Numbered from the stretch's first letter, positions 1 through 12,361 are shown. The stretch: DNA of 64,000 nt from Octopus sinensis (GCF_006345805.1 NC_043018.1:19220001-19284000); one strand, 5' to 3'. Program-made: numbers and translations. Notes: generated by a model from the letters alone, not told the origin.

Positions 1-182
1 CCACCTGCACAGGAGTCAGTCCAGCAGCACTGGCAACGGCTGGGTGCCAGTCATAGGATTTGGTTCGATTTCGATTTGCTGCAGGAAATATTAGTCTTGA
101 TATTATTAATATTAAACTAAGAAATTTCTATTCTTCTACCAAAGAGACTAAGGTCATTTAATGCTTCCCTTTTTTCTTGTAG

Positions 183-399
183 GGTGGTTGAAAACTCAAA
201 GTGTTCAAGTGTAAAGGAAGATGTGAAGTTATTGTCACCAATTACAAATCCTGATAAATTAATTTGTGTTGGTATGAACTACAAAGACCACTGTGAAGAA
301 ATGAATATTGCTCTGCCCGCAGAACCGGTGATCTTTAGTAAGTTCTCCAGCTGCATTGTTGGTCCAACGGATAATGTTGAATATCCCAAAGAAACGACA
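183..399 (+). CDS. FAHD2: FAHD2-like gene, internal exon A (VVENSK...PDKLICVGMNYKDHC...EPVIFSKFSSCIVGP...KETT)
   Basis: Acceptor ttcttgtAG ends at 182 and donor GTaagc starts at 400. Translation carries the FAH-family motifs CVGMNY.DHC.E and P.IFSK, matching vertebrate FAHD2A (PDKVVCVGMNYVDHC...EPIIFSKFASSIVGP). Confidence 0.93.
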
Positions 400-450
400 G
401 TAAGCATATTCTTGTATTCTTTTATCTTCTTCACTAGTTTCACTGATATC

Positions 451-681
451 TATTTCTTTACTACCCACAAGGGGCTAAACACAGAGAGGACAAACAAGGA
501 CAGACAAACGGATTAAGTCGATTATATCGACCCCAGTGCGTAACTGGTACTTAATTTATCGACCCCGAAAGGCTGAAAGGCAAAGTCGACCACGGTGGAA
601 TTTGAACTCAGGACGTAACGGCAGATGAAATACTGCAAAGCATTTCGCCCGGCGTGCTAATGATTCTGCCAGCTCGCCGCC
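451..681 (-). mobile_element. tRNA-derived SINE family 1, single copy with 14-bp TSD
   Basis: - strand begins ggcggcgagctggcagaa (A box-like), with gagttcaaattc (B box) and the central gcctttcagcctttcggggtcgataaa motif. TSD GTTTCACTGATATC at 437-450 and 682-695. Confidence 0.85.
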
Positions 682-1264
682 GTTTCACTGATATCGCAAC
701 ATGGTAACCACAATCACCGCATTCAGGGGAAAAACCTCGTGACTCACTTACTTTGTCGGTCTCATTGAAAGCTCTTCTGATATCTGACTAAATCTTCTTG
801 CTGTTCTTATCGAAAATGCAACAATTGTCGCTGGTGTTATAAATATGCCAAAAGAAATAATCCAGGGAGACAGCCTGTCTTTGTTTCTGTTTATTTTGGC
901 AAGATATGTGCTATTATTTATTTTGTGTGTGTGGACTGAAGTCTAATATGGGGCAAAGATTTTTACTTTAAGACCAAAGTGGTTTTGGATTCATTTCTAC
1001 TATGAAACATTTTAAGTGTCTTCTACAAAAGCCCAAAGACAACTGAAGCCTTGCGAGTGAATTTCATAGATTGAATCTGTGTAGAAATGTGTCATATATA
1101 TGTATATATATGTGTGTGTATGTGTCAAGTTCGCAAATTCGTTGACTGGTACCTGTGCCAGTTGAGCAGTAAGAGCTGTTGTGGAACATATTGGCCCCAA
1201 GGTAGCAAGTGGTGGGATTGAGCTCAGTGCCACTTGACTACGATGTGGAGAACTCTTCCTTAAA

Positions 1265-1620
1265 CCATGGCTGTTGCCAGCGCTGCCCCGACTGGCCTCA
1301 TGCTGGTGGCACGTAAAAAGCACCATCCATTTGCAGCCGTTGCCAGCCTCATCTGGCACCTGTGCCGGTGGCACATAAAAAGCACCATCCGATCATGGCC
1401 ATTTGCCAGCCTCATCTGGCACCTGTGCAGGTGGCACGTAAAAAGCACCCACTACACTCATGGAGTGGTTGGCGTTAGGAAGGGCATCCAGCCATAGAAA
1501 CACTGCCAAATCAGACTGGAGCCTGGTGCAGCCTTCTGGCTTCCCAGATCCCCGGTCGAACTGTCCAACCCATGCTAGCATGGAAAACAGACGATAAACG
1601 ATGATGATGATGATGATGAT
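1265..1620 (+). mobile_element. Non-autonomous element with RTE-type 3' UTR and (GAT)n tail
   Basis: gttaggaagggcatccagcc...caacccatgctagcatggaaaacagacgataaacgatgatgat, with internal ~60-bp repeats. Related copies near 3060-3400 (-), 6560-6830 (+), 8440-8710 (+), 14230-14350 (-) and 19470-19700 (-). Confidence 0.65.
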
Positions 1621-1701
1621 GAGAGCTAGGGCCTGGCCAACTCTTCATCTCTTGATTAGATAATTCGAAGAATCAAAAAAAAAAAAAGATGTTTGTGCAT
1701 G

Positions 1702-1737
<36 letters not shown>

Positions 1738-2757
1738 GTTTGTAGATTATGCGGTAAAGTGAAACAGATGACAAGAAAATTCAAAATGAAACAAAATGCC
1801 AAACCATTGAAGTTTCTGTGTTTCTATCTGAAAGTCCTCCTCCTCCTCCTTCTCCCCCTCTTGCTGCTGCTTCTTTTTCTTTCTCTCCTCCACCACCACC
1901 CATCCCGCTCCCTTCCACCTCTCCATTTCTCCTCCCTCCCCAGTTATCTCCCCCACCCAGTTCTCCCTTCTCTCCAGTCTCTTCTGCCCCCCCCCCTTGC
2001 CCTCTCAACAGCTTTTGTCAGGTTTCCTATGACCTTTGAGGCCTTAATATTCAGAATTCCTCAAATCCATTGTTTTTAGAAATGTGTCAGGAATATTTAT
2101 CTGATCTCGTGGTCAGAATGTTATCAAAATATTCAAAGAAATTCTCCTGGGGGCAGGTCTTTGATAAATTTGACATTCAAAGAACAAAGATTACATTAAA
2201 AAAATGACTAATGAATAACCAAGATATGGACAGCAAGATTCTGACAGACGGACACCGGCTGGGTCCTGACTGATTAGACACGAACCAGAAGGGATAAAAG
2301 AAAGAAAACTACAAAAAAAAATACCTATTTTACCTCCCCCCTTTTTTTTTGCTGTTGTTTTACCTCATTTGCTGACTCTGAAGGTGTGGAGGAAGGGGTA
2401 ATGCTTGTGATCTTTGCAGACCCTTTGAGTCTGGGGCCAGATTGATGCTGTTAAAGGTCGCCCTTAAAGCCATTGCAGGTCAGTACCTGCCAGGGAGAAG
2501 ATTTAGGCTGTGTGTGGGGAAGGATTGGGTGTAGTGGTTAGTATGAGTTGGGCATGGCTGTGTGGTTAGGGAGCTTGCTTCCTAACTACATGGTTTCGGG
2601 TTCAGTCCCACTGCGTGGCACTTTGGGTAGGTGTCTTCCACTATAGCCCCGAGTCAACCGAAGCTTTGTGATTGAATTCGGTAGGCGGAAGTTACTGCCG
2701 TGTGTGTATGTGTGCGTGTAGGTGCTCAGTGCCTCTCCCAAAGAGAGAGAGGGGGCA

Positions 2758-2798
<41 letters not shown>

Positions 2799-3544
2799 CA
2801 TGTGCAATGAATGTGACAAGAGGTGGAATGATGGGAGTGGGTTGGGATGCCTGAGTAGGGGACCTATGAGAGACCGGTGAGCTCTGAGGAACATAGGCCA
2901 TTATAGAAGCAATAAAAAATAGGAAAAATACCGAGAGATGAGACAAGAAAGAGGCTGGAACATGTCTGTTAATGCTACAGGAAGAGAAATGAAAGCACAT
3001 GACATGCATTGACTAAAACTGAAGAACTAAAGAAAGGCCTGACAGCAGGGATCACCTGTTTCATCACCATCACCATCACCATCACCATCACCATCATTTT
3101 TATTTAACATCCACTTTCCATGCTGGCATGAGTTGGACGGTTTTACTGGAGCTGGTGAGGTAGACCTCAGTGTCTACTTTGGCATAGTTTTCACGACTGG
3201 ATGTCCTTCCTAACACCAATCGCCCAGCAGAGTAGACTGAGTGCTTTTCATGTGGCCCCAGCACAGGCGGGGGCTGTTTTGGCATGGTTCTTACAGCTGG
3301 AAGGGCCTTCCAAATGCCATCCATTTTACAGTGTGGACTGGATGCTTTTTTATGTGGCACCAGCAATGGAAGGGTCACCAAGTAACTTTAGAGACGAAGA
3401 TACTTTGAGAGGGAAGGGGACATTGGAGGAGGGGATCTTGTGCCAGATGATGAAAGGCTAGAGTGTGACAGAGAGACAGAAACAGGTGTCTTGCTCTAGA
3501 GGAGATACATGGTTACCTGGTGTGTATGTGTGTGTGTGTGTGGT

Positions 3545-3608
<64 letters not shown>

Positions 3609-3764
3609 AAGAGATATTTCAACATATTTGATGTACAGGTAGTGATTACCCCATCCATGGAATGGAGGTAACATATTGCTCAGTTTACTGGTTAAGAGAT
3701 GGTAGTTTTTAGATTTGGCTGCTATTTCTAATAGGACAGTGCCAGCTAGTTGACTTGTAAAGTG

Positions 3765-4150
3765 GAAGCACTCCGTCGGTTACAACGATGAGGGTTCCGG
3801 TTGATCCGATCAACGGAACAGCCTGCTCGTGAAATTAACGTGTAAGTGGCTGAGGACTCCACAGACACGTGCACCCTTAACGTAGTTCTCGGGGATATTC
3901 AGCGTGACACAGAGAGTGACAAGGCCAGCCCTTTGAAATACAGGTACAACAGAAACAGGAAGTAAGAGTGAGAGAAAGTTGTGGTGAAAGAGTACAGCAG
4001 GGATCACCACCATCCCCTGCCGGAGCCTCGTGGGGCTTTAGGTGTTTTCGCTTGCTCAATAAACACTCACAACGCCCAGTCTGGGAATCGAAACCGCGAT
4101 CCTACGACCGCGAGTCCGCTGCCCTAACCACTGGGCCATTGCACCTCCAC
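3765..4150 (-). mobile_element. tRNA(Arg)-like SINE family 3
   Basis: - strand head gtggaggtgcaatggcccagtggttagggcagcggactcgcggtcgtaggatcgcggtttcgattccc. The same head occurs at 27650-27945 (-) and 29856-30240 (+). Confidence 0.75.
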
Positions 4151-4900
4151 TTGTAAAGTAATTAATGTAAGAAAGACGGGGAGAAATTTAGTTGCATTTG
4201 TTGGTAATAAAAGATGTTTTAAATCTCTGTCTGAAGTCCTGACTGTTTGAGACATATTTCAATAGGGACACTGTTAATGCTGCTCCCTCTCTCATGCCTA
4301 GCTTTGTCCCTATAGGGGCAGAAAGGAAACAATGTGTGTGTGTGTGTAAGAGAGAGAGAGAGAAAGAGAAGGGGAAAGAGATAGGGAGTTAATCATCTGA
4401 CCCAAATGAATGGGAAAAAATGGAATCTGACGAAAAAAAAGGAAAATGAATTAAAATTCCCATCAATGATTTGACTTCCCATGTGCCATTCCACACGGAT
4501 TTCAGTTTCTGGAAATATCTCCGACTTAACAATTAGGACGATCACAACAACAACAACAACAACAGTAGAATAGATAAGAATGGAAGAATTAAATGTGATG
4601 TGATTCAGAATTTCCATGGATGCTAAGATGGAGGAATAGTGAATGTGTTTCATGTCTACGTTGAAATCACGGGATGCAACGTGATGGATGGGAACTATTT
4701 CGGTAAATGAATCTGATTGAATCCACTGGTGAATATTGCCTGATGCTGAGCAGATGAACAGACAAGAAACCGTCCATGGCCAGGACCAACTTGTTCAGTT
4801 TGTGATCTCTTGCTATCATCTGTAGTCATGGAGAAGATGGGAGAGATATTTCAGCCGGTCAAAGACCGATGTGGCTAAAACCCAAGCCAGACAATCATAC

Positions 4901-5661
4901 CTACTTCTTTACTGCCCACAAGGGGCTAGACACGGAGAGGACAAACAAGGACAGACAAACGGATTAAGTCGATTACATCGACCCCAGTTGGAAACTGGTA
5001 CTTTATTTAATCGACCCCGAAAGGATGAAAGGCAAAGTCAACCTCGGCGGGATTTGAACTCAGAACATAGCGGCAGACGAAATACCTATTTCTTTACTGC
5101 CCACAAGGGGCTAAACACAGAGAGGACAAACAAGGACAGACAAACGGATTAAGTCGATTATATCGACCCCAGTGCGTAACTGGTACTTAATTTATCCACC
5201 CCGAAAGGATGAAAGGTAAAGTCGACCTCGGCGGAATTTGAACTCAGAACGTAACAGCAGACGAAATGCCTATTTCTTTACTGCCCACAAGGGGCTAAAC
5301 ACAGAGAGGACAAACAAGGACAGACAAACGGATTAAGTCGATTATATCGACCCCAGTGCGTAACTGGTACTTAATTTATCGACCCCAAAAGGATGAAAGG
5401 CAAAGTCGACCTTGGCGGAATTTGAACTCAGAACGTAATGGCAGACGAAATACCTATTTCTTTACTGCCCACAAGGGGCTAGACACGGAGAGGACAAACA
5501 AGGACAGACAAACGGATTAAGTCGATTATATCGACCCCAGTGCGTAACTGGTACTTAATTTATCGACCCTGAAAGGATGGAATGCAAAGTCGACCTCAGC
5601 GGAATTTGAACTCAGAACGTAACGGCAGACGAAATACAGCTATGCATTTTGCCCCGCCGCC
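4901..5661 (-). mobile_element. SINE family 1 tandem tetramer inside one TSD
   Basis: Units start at 4902, 5087, 5271 and 5455 (184-185 bp). TSD GCCAGACAATCATAC at 4886-4900 and 5664-5678. Confidence 0.85.
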
Positions 5662-5859
5662 TTGCCAGACAATCATACTACATTGCTCTAACGGGGCATC
5701 TGGCATGGAAGGGTGGCATTGGTCTGAGCAAGTTGCTTAACGAAATGATGATGATGATGATGATGATGATGAGGATGAATGTTAAGAAAGGATAAGAATA
5801 CGGTGTTCGATGGTTGCTAAATTCTCGTTCATTTTGTGTTTTTCTCTTTTATTTTCCAG

Positions 5860-5919
5860 CAACTTGATTGGGAAGTGGAACTGGCCATCGTTGTCGGTAA
5901 AGAAGGGAAGAATATTTCC
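5860..5919 (+). CDS. FAHD2: FAHD2-like exon B (QLDWEVELAIVVGKEGKNIS)
   Basis: Pyrimidine tract plus ttccAG at 5858-5859, donor GTaagt at 5920. The exon is 60 nt, phase 0/0, and encodes the metal-binding D(W/Y)EVELA motif. Confidence 0.95.
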
Positions 5920-6803
5920 GTAAGTATCTTCTTTGTTATTTCAAACATTTCTCTTCTCTTAGACCTTTCTTTCGTGTTTCTTTGTTCCTTTGCTTCTTTT
6001 TAGATTGATTCCATTCTTGACTATCTTCAGATGGTTTTGTTCCTTCATACAAACATGTCTTTTAGACTTTGGATACTTATATCTTAGCCTCCTAGCTCCC
6101 TGATCTCCAAGCCATGAACCCTATCGAGTAACATTACTCCAGAAGGTCCTTTAGAGGACCCCCATTTCAGCTGCTTTCCTCATCAAAATTCAACCAAAGC
6201 ATGGATTTCTTTTACTTTTCTTGACAGAATGCCATTGCTCTCTTCTCCCTTTCCTTAGCAGGATACAGCTCCTTTCTTGGTGGAACTTGACCAGAGCAAG
6301 CCCTTTTCTCTCTTCCACTAGCTAGTCTTAATATCAGACACATTCAGATTGAATGAGACATCAGTTTACTGTATCTCTATTCCTCTAGTTCATGTGCTTG
6401 ATTTCCCTCACTCTTATGGTTCTTGTCTCTCATGTACTTTGTGAAATGAAGTGGTGAGAAAGGACCTTTGGATGCTGGGCCTCACTAAGGAAATGATAGG
6501 GGACCAGGAGATTGGTAATTAGCTGTACTTGATAAAACAAGTCAAGCTAAGTATAATTGCTCACATACAGGCTGATCCTTTCAGGTGCTGGTGCCACATA
6601 AAAGGCACCCATGCCGGTGCTGCGTTAATGCACCCACATTGGTGCTGTGTATATGCATCCATGCTGGTGGCACATAAAAAGGGGTTGCTGTCAGGAAAGG
6701 CATCCAGCCATAGAAACCACGTCACATCAGGTCACTCTCTTGGTTTGCCAGCCTCGTGTCAAACTGTCCAATCCATGCCAACATGGAAAGCAGACATTAA
6801 ACG

Positions 6804-6988
6804 ATGACGACGATGACGACGACGACGATGACGACGATGACGACGACGACGATGACGACAACGACGACGATTATGATGATGATGATGATGATGACGATGA
6901 TGATGATGATGATGACGATGATGATGATGATTAATATGATGATGACGACGACGACGATGATGGTGATGATGATGATGATGACGATGAC

Positions 6989-7023
<35 letters not shown>

Positions 7024-7030
7024 CGACGAC

Positions 7031-7077
<47 letters not shown>

Positions 7078-7099
7078 CGATGACGACGACGATGATGAC

Positions 7100-7197
<98 letters not shown>

Positions 7198-7364
7198 CGA
7201 TGACGACGATGATGATGATTAATATGATGATGATGACGACGACGACGATGATGATGGTGATGATGATGATGATGACGATGACGATGATGATGATGATTAA
7301 TATGATGATGATGACGACGACGACGATGATGATGGTGATGATCATGATCACGATGATGATGGTA

Positions 7365-7393
<29 letters not shown>
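6804..7393. repeat. (GAT/GAC)n compound trinucleotide tract, ~590 bp
   Basis: Directly continues the tail of the RTE-type element ending ...gacattaaac; the variant block taatatgatgatgacgacgacgacgatgatggtg recurs. Confidence 0.95.
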
Positions 7394-7395
<2 letters not shown>

Positions 7396-7719
7396 CAAGA
7401 ATCCGCAACACACACAAAACACTACTTCGACAACATGTTTTTTCCTCGTTTGGTTCTAATTATTTTAATTATTGTAATGTTGATAACTGCAGACTGGTTT
7501 ATGGTATAAACCTTAAACTTTCACCCCGGGGCATCATTTCCTTATCAGCTGATGTCACAAGATACACTCTGCCTGACTGACAGTCACCGCTTCTCTTTTT
7601 GTATGTGCACACACACATACACACACACATACATGCATGCATATATATGTGTGTGTGTGTGTGTACATGTAAGAATGTATGTATGTGTGACTGTGTGTGT
7701 ATGTGTCATTGCTATTGCT

Positions 7720-7750
<31 letters not shown>

Positions 7751-8400
7751 ATGATGAATAAGCTATATATATATATTTGTATTATGAACTTAGAATTTAT
7801 CTGAAACATCAAGAAAAACTGGGTCACCTGTATATTGAACTGATAAGAATCTTTGTTGTTGACCCTTATAACATTCCAAAAAGTTAGTTGCTATTTATAT
7901 CATGTTAATTATATGTTAATTAAATGTAATATAGTGTCCCTTTTTTTTTGATAAATATTGTTTTAATGTATGAGGATATTGGATTCAAATTTCGGTACAA
8001 GAGAGAGATTGTTGATAGGTAGATGGATAGATAGATAGATAGAGAGGTAGAGAGAAAGAGGTTGATAGACAGAGAGAGAGAGAAAGGAAGAGAGTGTGCA
8101 TTATGTATTAGGCTGGCTTGAATCTCTAGCTGGGGTTAACCAAAGACTAGCTGGAGCCGGCTACCTCTCGCTGACTCCCCCCCTCCCGACTGCCATAAGG
8201 GCTGTAAAAGGGACTTAGAAGAGAAGTTTCTGATTGGTCTGTTGTAACCAATGCAGATAGGGTCCAGCTGTTTAGACTATGTTTAGAAGTAGGGGTGTGA
8301 TCTACAGAGGACCAGCTTCATTTTGATGTATGGTACATGATCCTGTGCTGGTAATTATGCCTGTCCTAAACAAAATGGCATTACTTTTTGACTCACCCTC

Positions 8401-8439
<39 letters not shown>

Positions 8440-8717
8440 TGCCGCCTCAACTGGCTTCTGTGCAGGTGGCACGTAAAATGCACCAATCCGACCGTGGCCG
8501 GTGCCAGCCTCGCCTGGCACCAGTGCAGGTGGCATGTAAAAAGCACCCACTACACTCACGGAGTGGTTGGCGTTAGGAAGGGCATCCAGCTGTAGAAACA
8601 TTGCCAGATAAGACCGGAGCCTGGTGCAGCCTTCTGGCTTCCCAGATCCCTGGTCGAACCGTCCAACCCATGCTAGCATGGAGAACGGACGTTAAACGAT
8701 GATGATGATGATATATA

Positions 8718-8756
<39 letters not shown>

Positions 8757-9699
8757 GTGGGACAAGTAGTGAAATGTGATGTTGTTGATAGTTCAATGTA
8801 TGTTGTCGGATGTAGCAGATGAAGATAGGCATGTTGGATGACATCAAAGGAAAAACAATGAGGAAAGCTCCAGAATGTACTTTTAAACAGTTTATTTGGT
8901 TAACAGTTGCATTTACATGTTGGAGACACAAAGCTTGATCTGAAATTTCAATAAAGGCCACTACGCAAAGTCGCCAACTGTTTCGAGTCGATGAAGGTAA
9001 AAACAGGAGAAATAATATGTTGATGTGATGAGATAGCAGAGGGCATCTTTTGTGTCTGTGTGTGCGTTGGTCATTTGGTTGTGTTGTGTTGTTTTTCTGT
9101 CTCATCTGTTCGTGTTCAGCAACTGCTACTGTCTTGTGTCATTGCCCATCTAGCTGGTCACCACTGACTATGTGGCTGTCTGTTGACTGCTTGCCTGTCA
9201 CTAGCTACCTGGCTCTCTGTCATGTGTCCAAGGAAACCAATGTTTATAACTGTCATCCTAGTTAGAAGGATAGGTATTTCATAGGAGTAGTTTGTACTTA
9301 TATAGGTCACCTGCTGGCCAGCTGAACCCTTTGGGAAACTGTTCAGGCTGGAGGCCCAAGTGGAAACTCATCCATCACTTCTGACAGGACAAAGAGATTT
9401 TTTTGTGCCTGGTCAATGAATAGCGGTGGATCAGGCGAGCGAGAATCTTTAGATTCAGTTTCAAATCTCAGTCCAGAGAATAAAATGTAGTTTCCGATGA
9501 TGATGATGATATATATATAAATATAAATATATTTGCGAGACACCAGGGTGAATATATCTCATCAACTGCATCAGCAGCAGTCAGGTGCCCACGATGTATC
9601 TAGGGGTCGGTTACTTAAGATGCTCCAGTTCCCTCTATGTTATATTGCATGCATACAATGGTTTGCGATGCCTTGTATTTTCAAAATAGGGACATGATG

Positions 9700-9921
9700 C
9701 AGCACCGGGCGGCTGGGGGTGTTTGTCTCCCCTTCATAAATGTATATAAGGACACAGGAAAAATGTGTCAAAGCCATCAGGAGGCGTCGAGGCTTCCTAG
9801 GGCTAAACAGCAGTGGTGTACCCCCTACTGTGACGTTCGTGTTAGATTGACAGTATACAACCATTCTATCGCCCCACCACCGTACATGTCTCTATGAGAG
9901 ATTTAGAAATTTAGTATTTCT
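9700..9921 (+). mobile_element. Family A single-arm copy
   Basis: gatgcagcaccgggcggctgggggtgtttgtctcccc...gagagatttagaaatttagtatttct matches the right arm and tail of 20789-21026. Confidence 0.75.
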
Positions 9922-10073
9922 GATATATATATATATATATATCTATATTGTATAGAGGGCATTATTACATATAAATGCCTCACACTAAGAGGGACAAAGT
10001 CATTACTACCAAAATTATACTAATCATACCTAAATGCAGTTTTTCAAAGCAAGACATTTAAAAAAATGAATTT

Positions 10074-10131
10074 AGTTCTGTATCACCATGATTTCACATT
10101 CAACTTACATCTTATGATCATCAGCAGAACT
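10074..10131 (-). ncRNA. Type I hammerhead ribozyme, array copy 1
   Basis: - strand: agttctg CTGATGA tcataagatgtaagttgaatgt GAAA tcatggtga TA cagaact. Stem I is 7 bp; stem III is A-U plus tca/tga; triplet AUA; cleavage predicted between 10081 and 10080. Confidence 0.8.
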
Positions 10132-10554
10132 GATTCTGAACACATCATAAATAAACTACCAACCTTACGTAGCGAAGACGAACAGACAACTGCCCACTCC
10201 GGCCAAGCACATGGAATGTTTATAAATCATATATCCGGTAAATGGCGGGCTTTTTACGAACTGCATGTCGGGTAATGAAAAGTATTTCGGAATAAGTTTA
10301 ACAATTAAGGATAATCTCTTAATAAGGGATCTTAACAAGAAATTATCGGGTAGTTAGCGTGAAAACCTCATAAAAGAAAAGAATTCGAAAATAATTTTTT
10401 TTCTTTTGAACAAATTAATTATATCTATATTGTATAGAGGGCATTATTACATATAAATGCCTCACACTAAGAGGGACAAAGTCATTACTACCAAAATTAT
10501 ACTAATCATACCTAAATGCAGTTTTTCAAAGCAAGACATTTAAAAAATGAATTT

Positions 10555-10612
10555 AGTTCTGTATCACCGTGATTTCACATTCAACTTACGTCTTATGATC
10601 ATCAGCAGAACT
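10555..10612 (-). ncRNA. Type I hammerhead ribozyme, array copy 2
   Basis: - strand: agttctg CTGATGA tcataagacgtaagttgaatgt GAAA tcacggtga TA cagaact. Stem II is capped by gac-GTAA-gtt (GNRA loop). Confidence 0.8.
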
Positions 10613-11034
10613 GATTCTGAACACATCATAAATAAACTACCAACTTACGTAGCGAAGACGAACAGACAACTGCCCACTCCGGCCAAGCACATGGAATGTT
10701 TATAAATCATATATCCGGTAAATGGCGGGCTTTTTACGAACTGCATGTCGGGTAATGAAAAGTATTTCGGAATAAGTTTAACAATTAAGGATAATCTCTT
10801 AATAAGGGATCTTAACAAGAAATTATCGGGTAGTTAGCGTGAAAACCTCATAAAAGAAAAGAATTCGAAAATAATTTTTTTTCTTTTGAACAAATTAATT
10901 ATATCTATATTGTATAGAGGGCATTATTACATATAAATGCCTCACACTAAGAGGGACAAAGTCATTACTACCAAAATTATACTAATCATACCTAAATGCA
11001 GTTTTTCAAAGCAAGACATTTAAAAAATGAATTT

Positions 11035-11086
11035 AGTTCTGTATCACCGTGATTTCACATTCAACTTACGTCTTATGATCCTCAGC

Positions 11087-11087
<1 letters not shown>
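11035..11087 (-). ncRNA. Hammerhead, array copy 3, with 5'-truncated stem I
   Basis: Core CTGAGGA with the same stems II and III as copies 1-2. Only 2 bp of stem I remain before the (TA)n flank. Confidence 0.6.
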
Positions 11088-11121
<34 letters not shown>

Positions 11122-11437
11122 CATACATACATGAATTAGCAATTAACCATTAAGATTCTCAGGTCAAAACTAAAGTAAGTCTAATACTCTTATCTGTTGG
11201 ATAAATTGCTAATCAATGTAATGTCACGTTTTCACCTGTTTGTGGGTTGGGAGTGGAAAGGGTGGGTATTTTGTTAGTGGTATATACACCAAAGTGTTAC
11301 CCCTCATATGATGGGTAACTTTCATAGTATACTTTTGCCAGCAGGTGTAATATCAGGAAATAGGGCATACAGGCAATAATTCTAATTTAAATTCTCTCTC
11401 TCTCTATATATATATACATATATATATATACTCTTTC

Positions 11438-11643
11438 TTTACTCTTTTACTTGTTTCAGTCATTTGACTGCGGCCATGCTGGAGCACCGCCTTTAATCGA
11501 GCAACTCGACCCCGGGACTTATTCTTTTGTAAGCCCGGTACTTATTCTATCGGTCTCTTTTGCCGAACCGCTAAGTAACGGGGACATAAACACACCAGCA
11601 TCGGTTGTCAAGCAATGCTAGGGGGACAAACACAGACACACAA

Positions 11644-11682
<39 letters not shown>

Positions 11683-11834
11683 TGCGACGGGCTTCTTTCA
11701 GTTTCCATCTACCATATCCACTCCCAGGGCTCTGATTGGCCTGAGGCAGTAATAGAAGACACTTGCCCAAGGTGCCATGCAGTGGGACTGAACCCGGAAC
11801 CATGTGGTTGGTAAACAAGCTACTTACCACACAG
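11438..11834 (-). mobile_element. tRNA-derived SINE family 2 (CORE-like ggcaccttgggcaagtgtc, internal (AT)/(GT) tract, ...gactgaaacaagtaaaagag tail)
   Basis: tRNA-like head gtggtaagtagcttg...gggttcagtcccac, then a CORE-like segment. Same-family copies at about 21215-21645 (-), 26862-27110 (+), 43745-44200 (+), 48340-48720 (-) and 2563-2700 (+). Confidence 0.75.
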
Positions 11835-11906
11835 TATATATATATAACAAAACTTCATGCTGCATCAATGATATGTCACATATTTACTTTGTTATTGTTT
11901 ACAATA

Positions 11907-12258
11907 GAATGGTTGTATACTGTCAACTTAACGTGACAGTCCTGTAAGGGAATTTCACCACCGCTGTTTAGCCCTAGGAAGCATCGATGCTTCCTGTCGG
12001 CCTTGACACATTATTCCTGTGTCCTTATATACATTTACGAAGGGAAGACAAACACCCCCAGCAGCCAGGCCTGCATCGTATATAAGGACACAAGAATAAT
12101 GTGTCAAAGCCATCAGGAAGCGTTGATGCTTCCTAGGGCTAAAAAGCGGTGGTGTAACCCCCTACTGTCACGTTCACGTTAGATTGACAGTATACAACCA
12201 TTCTATCGCCCCCACCACCGTATATATCTCTATGAGATATTTAGAAATTTAATATTTC
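11907..12258. mobile_element. Family A fold-back copy with 11-bp TSD; HHR lost at the junction
   Basis: Inverted arms homologous to those at 20567-20968, with the same tail (ttctatcgccc...ttagaaatttaatatttc). TSD TGTTTACAATA at 11896-11906 and 12259-12269. Confidence 0.75.
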
Positions 12259-12361
12259 TGTTTACAATAATTTTCTCTTTAAATGGAGCGGGATGTTTAA
12301 AGTTAGAAACGCACACGAGTTGACGTAACGAATATTTTAGAAATAGATGTTAAATACTGTC

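Larger units (their letters stand above)
9941..11087 (-). mobile_element. Head-to-tail tandem array of a ~480-bp non-coding unit with one type I hammerhead per unit (retrozyme-like or tandem Penelope pLTR)
   Basis: Unit starts at 9941, 10423 and 10903 (periods 482 and 480), near-identical, about 2.4 units, flanked by (TA)n on both sides. Each unit has an HHR core on the - strand. Confidence 0.85.

Noticed and set aside
400-516. Extension of the 184-516 ORF beyond KETT
   Set aside because: It reads through the GTAAGC donor into intron and SINE sequence; homology resumes at 5860.
8100-9300. Possible LTR and PBS (- strand ...gaaaca-gt-tggcgac near 8980) and CCAAT-rich block at 8100-8300
   Set aside because: No paired LTR, TSD or internal coding remnant found.
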